Below, one piece after another: positions 37,075 to 49,205 of a stretch of DNA of 64,000 nt; within the stretch, counting starts at the first letter, position 1, and each line of letters begins with the position of its first letter. The position numbers were made by a program, and so were the translations under genes. The notes under the pieces were generated by a model. The model was not told the origin of the DNA. It worked only from the letters and a program-made list of their open reading frames with translations, and ran no database searches. Source of the stretch: Tricharina praecox (lineage: Eukaryota); the NCBI RefSeq assembly GCF_024521635.1, contig NW_026250436.1, positions 1-64,000 of the forward strand, given 5' to 3'.

Positions 37075-39568
37075 TCACAATTTCAGATCCTTCCGAACAG
37101 CCTCCCTTCACTACAGTCAGCATCCATCGCGGGCAGGGTGCATGGGGTAAACATACCTGCAAATCGGGTGATAGAAGTTATCATTCTTCTTGAACGTCGC
37201 CACTGCCAGCTCCCGATCACAGTCATTGAGCAATCTAAACAGTGGCCTGACAAACTTCATCCTGCCCCACTGTCCCAACGCCTCCGCCGTGCGAGCGTAC
37301 AGCTTCTCATCCTTCGCCTTGAGCGCAACAGTCAAGAATCTGCTCAAGATCTCAGCATTCTCCGAGTCTAGGAACTTGTAAGCATCCTTCATCTTCTCGA
37401 CCACCGCCGGCGTGAGTGGTTTCTCGAAGTCTGTGATCGCCTCCAGAAAGACTACTAGCTGTCCGGAGCCCCAGTCTGCAATATCAGATGGCTTGGGCTC
37501 GAATTGAGTAGTCTCTATCGACTTCCAGCAATCTGCGAGGAGGTAGCACACATCCACGAGTGTGGTGTCGAAGTCCGGCTTGGGAGGCAGGCCGGGACCA
37601 TAGAACTTCTCTTCCCAGTCCACAGTCTTCAGTGCAGCTGCAGCCTCGGCATCGGATGAGAAGTACTCCAGTAGTGTGTCCTTAAAGTCGAATGAAGTTA
37701 GCGACTTCTGGTGGAACTTCTTGAAGTACTATATTCATTCTCCTGTCAGTCGGCCATCTGATTCTCTGAAGAGTCCTTTCACCCACGTGCGGAATGAACT
37801 TGTCCCACTTCTCCCGTCCAACCAGGCGATCCAAGTAGTACAGGAAGTTGAATCCCTTCTCATACGGAATACTGGAGAACGCATCATCCGGGTCCTTGTC
37901 CTTCAGGTCGACGATGAGCTTGGTGAACTCGTGATCGGCACCGAACAGCTCTACACTCTCTCTGAAAGCTTTCCAGCCAATGATAGACGAAAAGTCAAAG
38001 TACTGCGGACCGTGGAGGGCAGCCTGTATCCTTCGCTCTGGAGTTCGGAGACCTTAGCGCCAACCAGAAAAAGGAATCGGCAGCTGAGATCACTTACCTA
38101 TGTAGACGGTCCAACCCTGCGGATGTCAGCACTGTATCAGGAGATCCATAGTCAAAAAGTTCGTCTTACCTCATTGAGCCTGACACACGGGAATGTCAGC
38201 ATGCAGCCTGTCGACCTAGTGGTAGGAATCTTACCAGAAATGCTCCCAGGATCCGTTCGACACCAGATTCCCACTCCAGCTGTGCGCCAATTCGTGGGCA
38301 ATGACATCGACATTTGATTTATCGCCGCTAATAATCGTCGGAGTGGCGAAGGTGATGTTCGGATTCTCCATTCCACCGTACGGGAATGATGGCGGCAAGA
38401 TCAGAACACTGTATGTCGTCCACGGATACGGATACACCAACTTCTCCGCAATCTGGATGAACTTCTCGGTATCGCCCTCAAGTTCAGTCTTGCACTTGAG
38501 GAGCTCCTCCGGTCCTGCGTACACCATCGATCGTGGACCAATCGATGCGGACGCGATGTCCCCCGAAGCGACGGCAAAGAGGTATGAAGGGATCGGAATA
38601 TCCTGTTGGAAAGTGTAGACCAGGGTGCCCGGTGTCCCAGCTTGGAACTTCTTCGAGCCGGTCGAGAGTCCGGAGGCGACTACGGGGAGAGGTGACCGGA
38701 TCGAGATCGTAAAGGGAGACTTGACGGCCGGAGTATCCTGACATGGGTAGAGCGAACGGGCGTGGATCGCCTGGCATTGTGAGACTGTGTTGACACCCTG
38801 GTGTAAGTAGGTACATATGCCTGCGGAGTTTAACTACATCATCTGAGAACAATTGGAGCTGTACACATGTAGGGATGCTTCTTGTTGGAGGTCTGGTCTG
38901 GAGTCATCCACTGAAGCGCAGTGCATTTCTCGGTGGTACTGTACGAAATCTGTGGCCATCAGCGATCTGTTGACTAGAGGATTCATCCCATCAGCTGTGC
39001 GCACCATGACATCTATCGAGTCTCCAGCCTTTGGCTTGTTCGTCAAGGTTATTCTGAGAGCACTTCCGTATGGTTCCTTTCGGTCGTCGAGTTTCCATGT
39101 CGTCTCTTTGCCGTCAATCGCCACACACTTGATGTCAAGGTAGCTAGTGTCCAGCACCACCTCTCCGACGCCGTCCTTCAGCACCTTGAGCTTCAGCGTC
39201 GCATCACCGGACACCGACGAAGCTTTGAAGTCCAAAGCTACATCGATCGTGGTGTACTCGGTGACCACGGAATGGTGGTTGGCCAGCGTATTCGGGTCGG
39301 TAATGGGAGCCATTGGTGTCGTAATCGTGGAGAAGAAAGAGCGACCGATGTTCCAGCTCTGGAGAGTGCCAATGATGCGGGGATCGTTGCGGGAATTGCG
39401 TGGTCGGCGTTGGTTAGTGGAAGCGGCGGCTGCTCGTGTGGCTGTGGTCGTGGCTGGACTAGTGCAGATCGGCCTGGACAATCGTCGAGTGAGCGAGCCC
39501 GGGATCGGGACGGAGCGAGATTTGATCACTGGCTGACGGCGAAGGGCAAACGACAACGAATTCATCAT
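37075..39568 (-). CDS. LAP2: Leukotriene A4 hydrolase / M1 family leucine aminopeptidase; multi-intron; alternative start at 39313
   Basis: [18 protein letters not shown] (spliced), [25 protein letters not shown]-x18-E (WLNEG, spliced), [17 protein letters not shown] and [13 protein letters not shown]. Confidence 0.95.
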
Positions 39569-40145
39569 GACATGCGAGCGGGATAACGAGTTGTGAGAAG
39601 CGACGGGTGCTGCCGAATACCAAGCTCAGGGCTCGTCTGCGTCGGTCCGTCCAGCCAGGCCACCAGCCACGATCCGGAGAAGAGTAACCTAAATTCGGCG
39701 CCGTCGCTTACTTGGACCACCTCGTTACCTAACCGTGCCCTGTCTGTCCGTCCAAGACGTCACCCACACAAAACAGACCGCACACACGCACAGTCCACAC
39801 ACACCAGCATTCGCCGGACTTCGCCCGACTTTGGATGATGTAGGACGGTAGGCCAAACGCGGCAACATCGACCCCCTCCCCCCAGCCATGTTGAGCCCTA
39901 CATCGACTCATCATGGGGAAAACAACAAGCCAAAGAAGAAAGAAAAAAAGTCAAAATCTCCTTGAAAAATACATTTTATATATCTTGGCACTTTGAAAAA
40001 CCCCGCTTCAATCAACTCGTTCCCCAGTGAACTCGAACTCTCTTCTGTGCCCCACCTCCATCGACCAAACTGGCTCCAACCCAAAACGCGATACTTCACT
40101 TCTCGCCCTAATCACACCACTACCCCGACAAAACAAAACTTCATC

Positions 40146-41712
40146 ATGTCCGACACCGAAGAGAAGCCAAAGACAACCCAGGAAGTTGGTATGTTGTTCT
40201 ACCGTGGATTTTCTGCCGCCGCTCTTCCACGCCAATGGCTGGCTGCTGCTGCTGCGGGGTAGCTGCTGCGGCTGCTGAAGACTGCCCCACCAAATTGAAC
40301 TGCAGGCTGACATATCCTCCATCGGAAAAGACTACTCCCTCAACAACCCTGACACCCTCACCAAGTACAACAGTGCCGCTGCCATCGCACTGAGGGTTCT
40401 CACTGAGGTTACCAAGGCTGCCGTGCCTGGAGCTACCATCCTGAGCTTGTGCCAGAAGGGTGATGAGTTGTTGGAGGCCGAGACCGCAAAGATCTTCAAG
40501 GGAAAGAAGATCTCCAAGGGTTCGGACCTTCTCCTCCAACTTCCAATAATATACTTGCGGCTCGAGTGGCGAGTCGCGGTATGGCATGGTAGAGACGGAT
40601 GAAACTGTGTGTCTAATGTGGCCGTGTGTGGTACGATAGGAATTGCGTTCCCCACCACTGTATCGCCCAACGAGATCCTTACTCCCTACACCCCCATTGC
40701 TAGCGACATCGCCGAGGCTGCCGTCGCCGTGAAGGAGGGTGATATCCTCAAGATCCAGTCAGTGCTCATGCGGAACGGATCATTATATTCGACGCACATT
40801 TGCTGATGACGCAACAACGCAGGCTTGGTGCTCACATCGACGGTTTCCCCGGAATCGTGTCGGACACTATCGTTGTCGGAACCCCCAATGCTGAGCAGAG
40901 CGATCTTCTCGTGGCCACACACCATGCTACTGAAGCTCTGCTCCGATTGATGCTCCCCGCCGAAGTGCACCCCTCCAACACCGAGGAGAAGCCCTACAAG
41001 CCCCCCACGTCGCACGCGATCACTCAGACCATCCAGAAGATCGCCGAGGTGTACGGATGCAAGATCGTCGAGTCGACCACATCGTTCCAGATCGAGCGCA
41101 ACGAGATCGAGGGAAAGAAGAAGCTCGTGTTGTCGCCTGGCGAGAACATGGCCAAGTCCGAGGGCGCACCTGAGGTCGGTGACGTCTGGGGTGTCGAGAT
41201 GTGGCTGTCGAAGGGCTCCGGAAAGGTCAAGGAGATTGCCGGAAAGCGCGCAACTCTCTTCAAGAAGACCGATACCAAGACTTCGCTCAAGCGCGATTCG
41301 GCTAGGAAGACCTACAACGAGATCCAGAAGAAATTCGGCACTTTCCCCTTCGGTCTGAGACAGCTCTCGGATGAGAGGACCGCCAAGATGGGTGTCGTTG
41401 AGTGCCAGAGAAGCAACATCCTCCGGCAATACGAGGTTCTGGGAGACAAGGACGGTGCGCTGGTCAGCAGGATCTACGTCACTATTGGTAAGTTTGAGTT
41501 GAGATAAGTTGAGCGCATCCGCTGACACTTTCTTCATAGCCATCCTCAAGACCGGAATCACTAAGATCGCGACCCCCCCGCCGATCGACCTGGAGAAAAT
41601 CACGAGCGAGCACAAGATCGAAGACGAGGAGCTCCTCAAGCTCCTCGCACTCCCTCTTAAGGCCGACAAGAAGAAGAAGAAGAAGGCGGCCAAGAAGGAA
41701 ACCAGCGAGTAA
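40146..41712 (+). CDS. Curved DNA-binding protein Cdb4 / PA2G4 (EBP1)-like, M24 peptidase fold; multi-intron
   Basis: LNNPDTLTKY, LCQKGD, GIAFPT, LGAHIDGF, SARKTYNEIQKKFGTFPF.LR.L, AKMGVVEC and a lysine-rich C-terminus. Four GT-AG introns. Confidence 0.9.
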
Positions 41713-42564
41713 GCCTGTATGTGCATCAGAGCATCTACCTACGTCGCATTAGCGATAAAATCTTAATAAACATTTGCAGTCTGGTCAGAGATTAGCTAGA
41801 TGGGCATGAAAATTTGCTTCTTCTAACTACGTCTGTATTTTGAGATTTTGATGGATCATGAGTAGTGTGCTTTGTGTACTCGTAGTTCTCCACCAAACAT
41901 ATGAGCCGACTTCTCGGTGAAGTTTTGCGGTTACTTTTCTCAAGTCCCGAATGATTCACTTCCGCTGCACTGTTGCCTTCTCTTGACCCACATACCGATG
42001 GATTGATTGCAACTGTCGGATAAGTCTTTAGGGGAAGACGACCCCGAATTCGAAAGGAGAGGATATCGCTTGGAGCGGAGCTGACGGGGCTACGTGGACT
42101 GAACTGAATGGGAGAGATGACTGGGAACTTGGGGGATTGTTGTCAGTGTAGAATCGATAGGTGCCCTGAACTATCGAAATAGCGAGTGACCCCAGGTGAA
42201 GTAATCTTCGATCCAGAATGGCCATCACTTACCACTTGACGACGAGGTTTCCATAACCTGTGCCTGTTGTAAAGTAATCTTCCAGGCAACATGTACCTGG
42301 AATACGGCCGCCGCACGAATCTTCAAGCCCATGTGGCGGTGGCGGTGGCGGGTGTCGAGGACCCTGCTTCCTTTACCTGGTGCCCAACTGTAATCTTGGC
42401 TGCCTAGCTCGAGGTTACACGAACGCGCAAGCTACCGTATCGTACCGTGGATCCGCTCATCTCACGTTCGGACCTCCCATCACCCTCCGGGATTCGAAGA
42501 AAGAAACGCACTCCCCACGGACCATCCACGTCACCCAAACTTCAAAGCTGCACCCCCGATCGCG

Positions 42565-44901
42565 ATGGCACCCAACCCCGGAAGCTCATCGAAGCCGCCG
42601 ATGTTTGTCTCGCAGAAGTCGAGTGCGGCGCCGGCGTCGGTCGACATGGAGCAGGTCGAGCTCCGAGACATGATCGCGGCCGGCCCGCCGCCCGAACTGG
42701 CACTCAAGGACGATATCATGAAGCTGGCCATGCACGGCGACGAGTTTGGGCTACGCGCGCTGCTGGACTCCGGCGTCTCGGCGGATTTTAGAGATGCCGA
42801 CGGGATTACACCGCTACATGTGCGCCACCTTTCATGTGCGAGGGATGCGTCGGTGGATGCGTACTGATGTGGGCACAGTGGGCCGCGATTAATAACCGCT
42901 ACGCCGCCGTCAGGTTGTTGCTCGACGAGGGCGCGGACCCGAACGCTCACGGCGGGGATAGCGATGCGACGGCGGCGATGTGGGCCGCGCAGCGCGGACA
43001 CCACTACATTGTACACCTACTCCTCTCGCGCGGTGCCGACACATCGATGGTGGACGATTCCGGCTATAACTTGTTGCACCTAGCCACCTTCGACGGGAAT
43101 GTGCTGCTGCTGGTACTACTGCTGCATCAGGGAATACCGGTGGACTCGCTGGATCCCCAGGGTCATACAAGTTTGATGTGGGCAGCTTATAAGGGCTATC
43201 CGGCGTGTGTGGATATGTTTCTGAGGTGGGGTGCGGATATCCGCGCGGTTGACGAGCAGGGCTTCACAGCGCTACATTGGGCGCTGGTACGGGGGAACTA
43301 CACGTGCATCGAGAAGCTGCTGGAGTACGGGGTTGACAGGTTTGCACCGAACAACGAGGGGAAGACACCGAGTGTTGTGGCGGGGGAGCTCAAGACCGAG
43401 AAGGCGTGGTGGGATGCGCTCGAGGAGTGCGGATTCGACCGCAACGGACACCCACTGCATAAGCCAAATACGCTGTTTGGGATCCACGTGCAGGACCGGG
43501 AGGCGGCGCTGAAAAGATTCTTTTTTCTGTGGCCGTTTTTACAGGTGTTTTTATTCGTGCAGTGTTGTGTCTGCTTTGAGTGGTTCATTGCGGTCCCCTC
43601 GGCGATCGTGGTGGCGGGTGGGATGCACTGGGTGGCGACGCGCGCACTACAGTGGGCACCGCCAGGACAGAAAGCGATACATAGGACTCCATATCTGGCC
43701 GGGATATTCACGGGCACGGCGTTTTGGATTGGAATTCGGTGGATGTGGGCAATATTACCAAGTGTGTCTGTCTTTTTATCCTCGTGGTTAGTCAATACAA
43801 GAGCCCTAACAGCGGGGATTTTTTCCAAACAGATACATTCTGGAGCGCACCATTCAGCAATCTCTTCTTCTTTATCTTCTTCGGTGGCTGTCTCTACTTC
43901 CATGCCATCTGCATGGCCTATGACCCGGGATTCGTGGCGAAACCATCGGGTCTCAATGAGCAAAAGCAGGTCATAGAAGAACTGCTGGGCCTCTGGAAAT
44001 ACGACGATCAGAACTTTTGCGTCCAGTGCATGCTGCGGATGCCGCTCAGAAGTAAACACTGCAAGCGCTGTAACCGTTGTGTCGCCAAACACGACCAGTG
44101 AGCACTCCCGTCACCATCTGTCACTCCGTTGCTAACCCCTACAGTCATTGCCCTTGGGTCTTCAACTGCATAGGCATCGCCAACCACCGCCAATTCTTTC
44201 TCTACATCTTCAGTCTGGAAATTGGCATCTTTTTCCTGGTGCGGCTGGTGCTCCTTCACGCGCAGCTCCTCCCACCCCCCGATACCCCGCCAATCTGTGC
44301 ACTCCTCTCGGAAGTATTCTGCGCACCTCTCTGGCAAGACCCGTTCACCTTCTACATCAGCATCTGGGGCTCGCTACAAGCCACGTGGGTTACCATGCTC
44401 CTCTGCGTGCAACTCATCCAGATCGCCAAAGCGCAGACCACCTACGAGAGCATGACCTCATCCAAGCACCACGGGCACCACCACCACGGCAGCCGCGACA
44501 AGATCACCACCGCACTCGCTACAGCGATCACGACGGGGTCGACCTCGACGAGCGGCGCCGCACTCGATCCGTCCGCGCGCGGCCCGGACCCCGCCGCATC
44601 CATCTCGAGCCGCATGGACGAGGGCTGGTGGCGGAAAACCAAGCAGCTGTTGGGCGTCGATGTGTTCTGGCGGACCGCCGGAGGCGGGCAGCAGACACAC
44701 AGCGAGAAGAACCCGTTCTCAGCTGGCATCGTCAGGAATTGCAAGGACTTTTGGGGCGGCGCGGCGCCCGCGTGGAGGCCGCCACTCGAGGGCGGGCTAA
44801 GCGCCGAGGGAGAGCTCGCGGGGAGAAGGATCAATTACGCGAACATCTATGAGGCGCCGCGCTTGAGAGGTGGCAGGTGGGTTGGTGAGGGTGAGGTGTA
44901 G
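42565..44901 (+). CDS. AKR1: Ankyrin-repeat DHHC palmitoyltransferase Akr1, 3 introns
   Basis: Ankyrin repeats (GITPLH|WAAINN, TAAMWAA, GYNLLHLA, GHTSLMWAA, GFTALHWA), TM segments, C..C…PLRSKHC..C.RCVAKHD|HHCPW (DHHC formed across an intron), TTYE, and NPFSAG..RNCKDFW. Confidence 0.95.
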
Positions 44902-47900
44902 GCGGGAGAAGAGATCGGAGGGGGGGGTTGGCAGCTAGGGGAGGGCGGCGATGTGGAGTGTGCTCTACTATATGATGGTCTAGTGTCCGCTTTTTGCTTT
45001 GCTTTTTTGCTTTTGCTTTGAGTGTTTGGCCGATAGAAGTGCAGTTTTTCGTGCGGTTTCGTGTTGCGTGTATTCCAATGCTCTGCTTAATTGCGTGCGT
45101 GCGTTGCGTGCGAAGTATGTACCTGATCGAAGGAAGAAGTTGAAAGCTGAGGACGAGGGACGAGGGAGATTTCATGACCGGATCGGGCAGGATGACCCGC
45201 TAGCTGAGTACTCTAGATGGCGCCGATCACTGGTGGAGGTGGAGGTGTGCATGTTCGTGTTGCCGAGAACCCGTGAATCGTTAGATACCTTAGTTACCTC
45301 CGACGTGGGATCCACTCCCCTTCCCGATCTTCCGGGGGGTGGGAGGGGGGTGAGTGAGTGGGTCCGCTCGTGCCGACCGCCGAGTCGCCGACAGCACCCA
45401 ACAATCACCCCACGCCAACCGCCGACCGGCCACGGATGGGGACACTCGCATCGCCGCCAGCAGATCGGATAACGTAGAGTACACGCGCAGCCGATCGGCC
45501 CAGCCCGAGATTTGATCCCCGGGCAGAGCGAGACACTCGGGTGGTCGGAGCATCACTTACTCCATCCCCACCCCCCGTGGATCGGGCGTCAAGTCCTAGG
45601 TACGGTAGTTACCACAGACTAATTGTGCATAGCGTACTCGCGAAACCGAGGCCCGCTCAGGGATTGGAGATGCAACATGAACAAGCCCTGATCAAGCCCT
45701 GATGGGCAGCTTTGTGCTCGGGGCGCTTGAGATGATGTACACAAGCTCCGCGATGTCTCGGGGGATGCGGGGGAGGCGAATAACCGCCACACGCACACAA
45801 ACACACACACGCCCACATATATGCACACACAAACTTGAAGATGATCCACCCCCACTCCTCCTATGCGTGGCTTGCTGGGTACGGTGCCTACAGTGTAGAG
45901 TAAACGAGTGGGGTGCTGGACGGAGGCGGGGAAGAAGAAGAAGCAGAAGAAGAAGAACAAAAAGAAGAAGAGGAGGAACCGAGGCGAACACGATGTCTCA
46001 GACTCTCCCGTGTGGATGACTGGCCACTGGAGGAACGGCATTCGCCCCCGCCCCCACGCAGTCTGCTTGCCGGCTGCATACCTGGTGGACGAAGAAGGAG
46101 AGGGAGAGGAAAGGAGACCACCGTGGAAATGGATGGCTCAAGTTGATCATTGATGGCTTGGATGGCGCACGAGAATCGAGATCATAGATGGCTGGGATGT
46201 CGGTATGCTTGCGTACAATACATGCGGTACTTGTACGGAGTCGCGGACGGGCGGCTGGTCGTATGTATGCACCGATAATGTACGGATAGGTACTCCAAGT
46301 GCCGTTGCTTTTCTACCTCGGTGGAAGAGGAAAATGGAAATGGTTTCGTGAGCCCGTTCGTATGGAGTAGCTTGAGTTCCCCCCACCCAGTGGCATGGTG
46401 GGTGAACTGCTGGGTGAATTGGAAGGTCTATGGTGGAAAGTTCGTATGATTCTTCTTTCCACGGGCAAAGATCGTGTCGGACTCTTCAAGACCGTCGCTG
46501 CCGCAATCCTGCCATTCCATTTCATTCAGGAGAAGTGTTTTTCCCGCCGCGGTAGTAGAGTAGTGTACGCCCGCTCGGTTTCTTCCGCATTCTCATGCTG
46601 CTGCCGTTGCTGCCGTTGCTGCTGGTGGTGGTGATGTTTGCAAGCGTATGCATAGATACTCCAACCGTAGCCTATTGCCCGACCAACATCCAGAGTAGTT
46701 ACTTACCCCATAGATACCAATCAGAGATATCCAATCAGCACCCAGAGTTTCGTACGCTAAGATCCCCATTCATTCCACCCGGGTCTCGGAGGGTTTGAGC
46801 CTTTGAGGACCCATAGAATCTAGATTATCATGCTCCGGCATATATATCCCAAGCAAGCACCCAACTTCCAAGTACCGTATGTAGACCCCTACAACAGCCG
46901 CAAAGCGGCATGCAGGAGATACCTACGGTATCCAGCCTACCTATCCAGCCGTCACCGGGGCAGCGCCGTCATGCATACCAGTCTCCAGATGCTCACTCGT
47001 AGGTGAACACCTGGGTATTGGACGAAGGCGCCACCAGCGCTCCGGAACGCGCACCAGACAGCCGGTAACTACTCTAGTATGGGGTAAGTGCGGGTACTAG
47101 TAACTAGGCGGATCACTGCAGGGCTGGAGCTACTCCCCGCAATGTCAATATTGTTAACCGGACGTTCTCGCTCTCGCTTCCAGCCAGAGGGGGGGTTGCG
47201 CCAAAACGAGGTCGCCATGTGGAGTCTAGACACGAGGTATCGCGATGTAACTCGGATGGCCGGGCGACGGACGACGAAGACGAATCCTTCCAAAGCCGTC
47301 TGTCGGTCTGTCGTTCGGTGAACACCGTCAACCAGTGCCCCTCAGCGGTCTTGTCAGGTAGATAGGTGGGTACTTCAGAGCAGCGACACCGACGAGGAAG
47401 GCATGACCATTGACGACCCGAAGATGGCGTGAACGGCGTCAACTGACCAGCACGACTAGCGCCGCCGACGACGAAGGCCGCGGCCCGCACGCCGTCATCG
47501 GGGAACGGGAGGCACAGGTAGACAACACGGCCAGGTGCTCGGCGCGGACGTGCCTGAGATTAGCAGTGGGGGTGGGTGGTAGTTGATTGCTGTTTGTATG
47601 TATGGAGAGTACCCGCTGCTCTCTGCCCCGGGCCTGCACAGTGCTGTAGTACCTACCAGTGCTACCGCAGTAACTACTCGAGTACTCTAGCGAACGTTCT
47701 GCAAACCTGCTTTGCTCGGCTAGGAATCAGCATGGAGTGCATACATGCTAACTATTAACCATAGTTGAACGCCAACAAACACTGAATCCTTCTCGCCAAG
47801 TAACGAATCTCGACATCTACCGGGCTGCGAAGCATCTACTACTATCTACTACTTTATACATACATTCGGTACTCTACTATACTCTACGTGCGAATTGGCG

Positions 47901-49120
47901 GGCATCGAGGCCGCAGCAGGCGGTTGGGCTGGGGGATCTACTGGTTAGAGTATGGGTAGAGTGCCTGGAATACCGGCAGAGTAGATAGAGTGGGGTAGAG
48001 TGCATAGTGTCGAAAATCAAATACGACCATGCCAATCAACTACTGCCGGCTACTGCAGTGGCTTCAGCCTTCGAGTCTCGCCTGGGGGAAAAAACGAGAG
48101 TAAAGTTTAGATACCTACGTGACACAGGTGGCGTTTGATGCTTCAAGATACCGAGACTCCTAGAGTGGAACAGCCTATGGGCACGGTACTAGTAAATATT
48201 CCTCACAGGCAATCTGTGGGGTAGATTGTACTATACTGCTAGTATACTCCGTATCGTCGTATACATCAAACCGCCACCCACGAAGCCCCTCAGCCGCGAA
48301 GCCGTGAAGCCACGAAGCAACGAAACCAACCACCCAAGCTTAGCACAAAGCAGCCACCTCGTTCCTCGACGGGAGCCATACAGATCTCACGAACGGTCTT
48401 CTCCCGGTTCCAAAAAACCACACCACTGGTATCTACATACTTTATAACCGTGAACGACGACGCAGGGAGGAAGAGCTGTAATCCACCGTGGGATCATACC
48501 GGTACCGGAACGGCAGTGTATTGCGTGGAAAATGAATCTACATACTATCCGATCGCCGTGCGGCCCACGGTGGTCTATTACTTGTTCTACTCTACGGCAC
48601 TCTACTCGGCCGTGCAACCGCGTGCTCGCCGAGGCCTCTCGCCATGCAGTATCACAGAGTGCGTACTAGTATTTTCCACGCGGCCACCGCGCTCATTGCT
48701 CGGGGATCTTCAGGGAGCGTCTGCGTAACGCAACGTGACCGGACAAGGACAAGGACAAGGACAGGACCGGGAGGTGGCGGGCGGGCACGAGGTGGCCACG
48801 AGTCGGCCACGAGACGGTCGGGGGTCGGGAGGGGGCTCGAGGGGGGCTCGATCTCGGTAGATTACATTTTTCAGCACAGAGATGCTCTACAGATGGCAGA
48901 TGGCTGATCCTGCTGATCGATCGCGAAAAACAAAGAAAATAGAGGAACGAAGAAAGAAGCAAAGAAAAAAGAATGAATGAAAAAAGAATGAATGAAATAA
49001 ACAAAGAGAAAAAAAAACAACTAAAGACGAAACACGTGATTCGGCAATCGTTCGCGGCGATCCCTATCGCAAGCAAGCAATCGGTGCTCCGGGAACTGGC
49101 CCTGTAACCCGTCTCTGATA

Positions 49121-49205
49121 CAGTCCAGCTCCAGCCCCAGCCCAGCCCAGCCCAGCTCCAGTCCAGTCCAGTCCAGTCTAGCTACAGTCCAGTCCAGCTC
49201 CAGAG
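49121..49205. repeat. CCAGN pentanucleotide microsatellite
   Basis: cagtccagctccagccccagcccagcccagcccagctccagtccagtccagtccagt. Confidence 0.8.

Noticed and set aside
9762..39568. GGT and LTA4 hydrolase as a leukotriene pathway cluster
   Set aside because: They are 25 kb apart with unrelated housekeeping genes between them. Fungal LAP2 is mainly an aminopeptidase, so the link is only in the names.
48018..48035. ATACGACCAT resembles the start of fungal 5S rRNA
   Set aside because: Similarity ends after about 10 nt, with no internal 5S boxes or closing stem.
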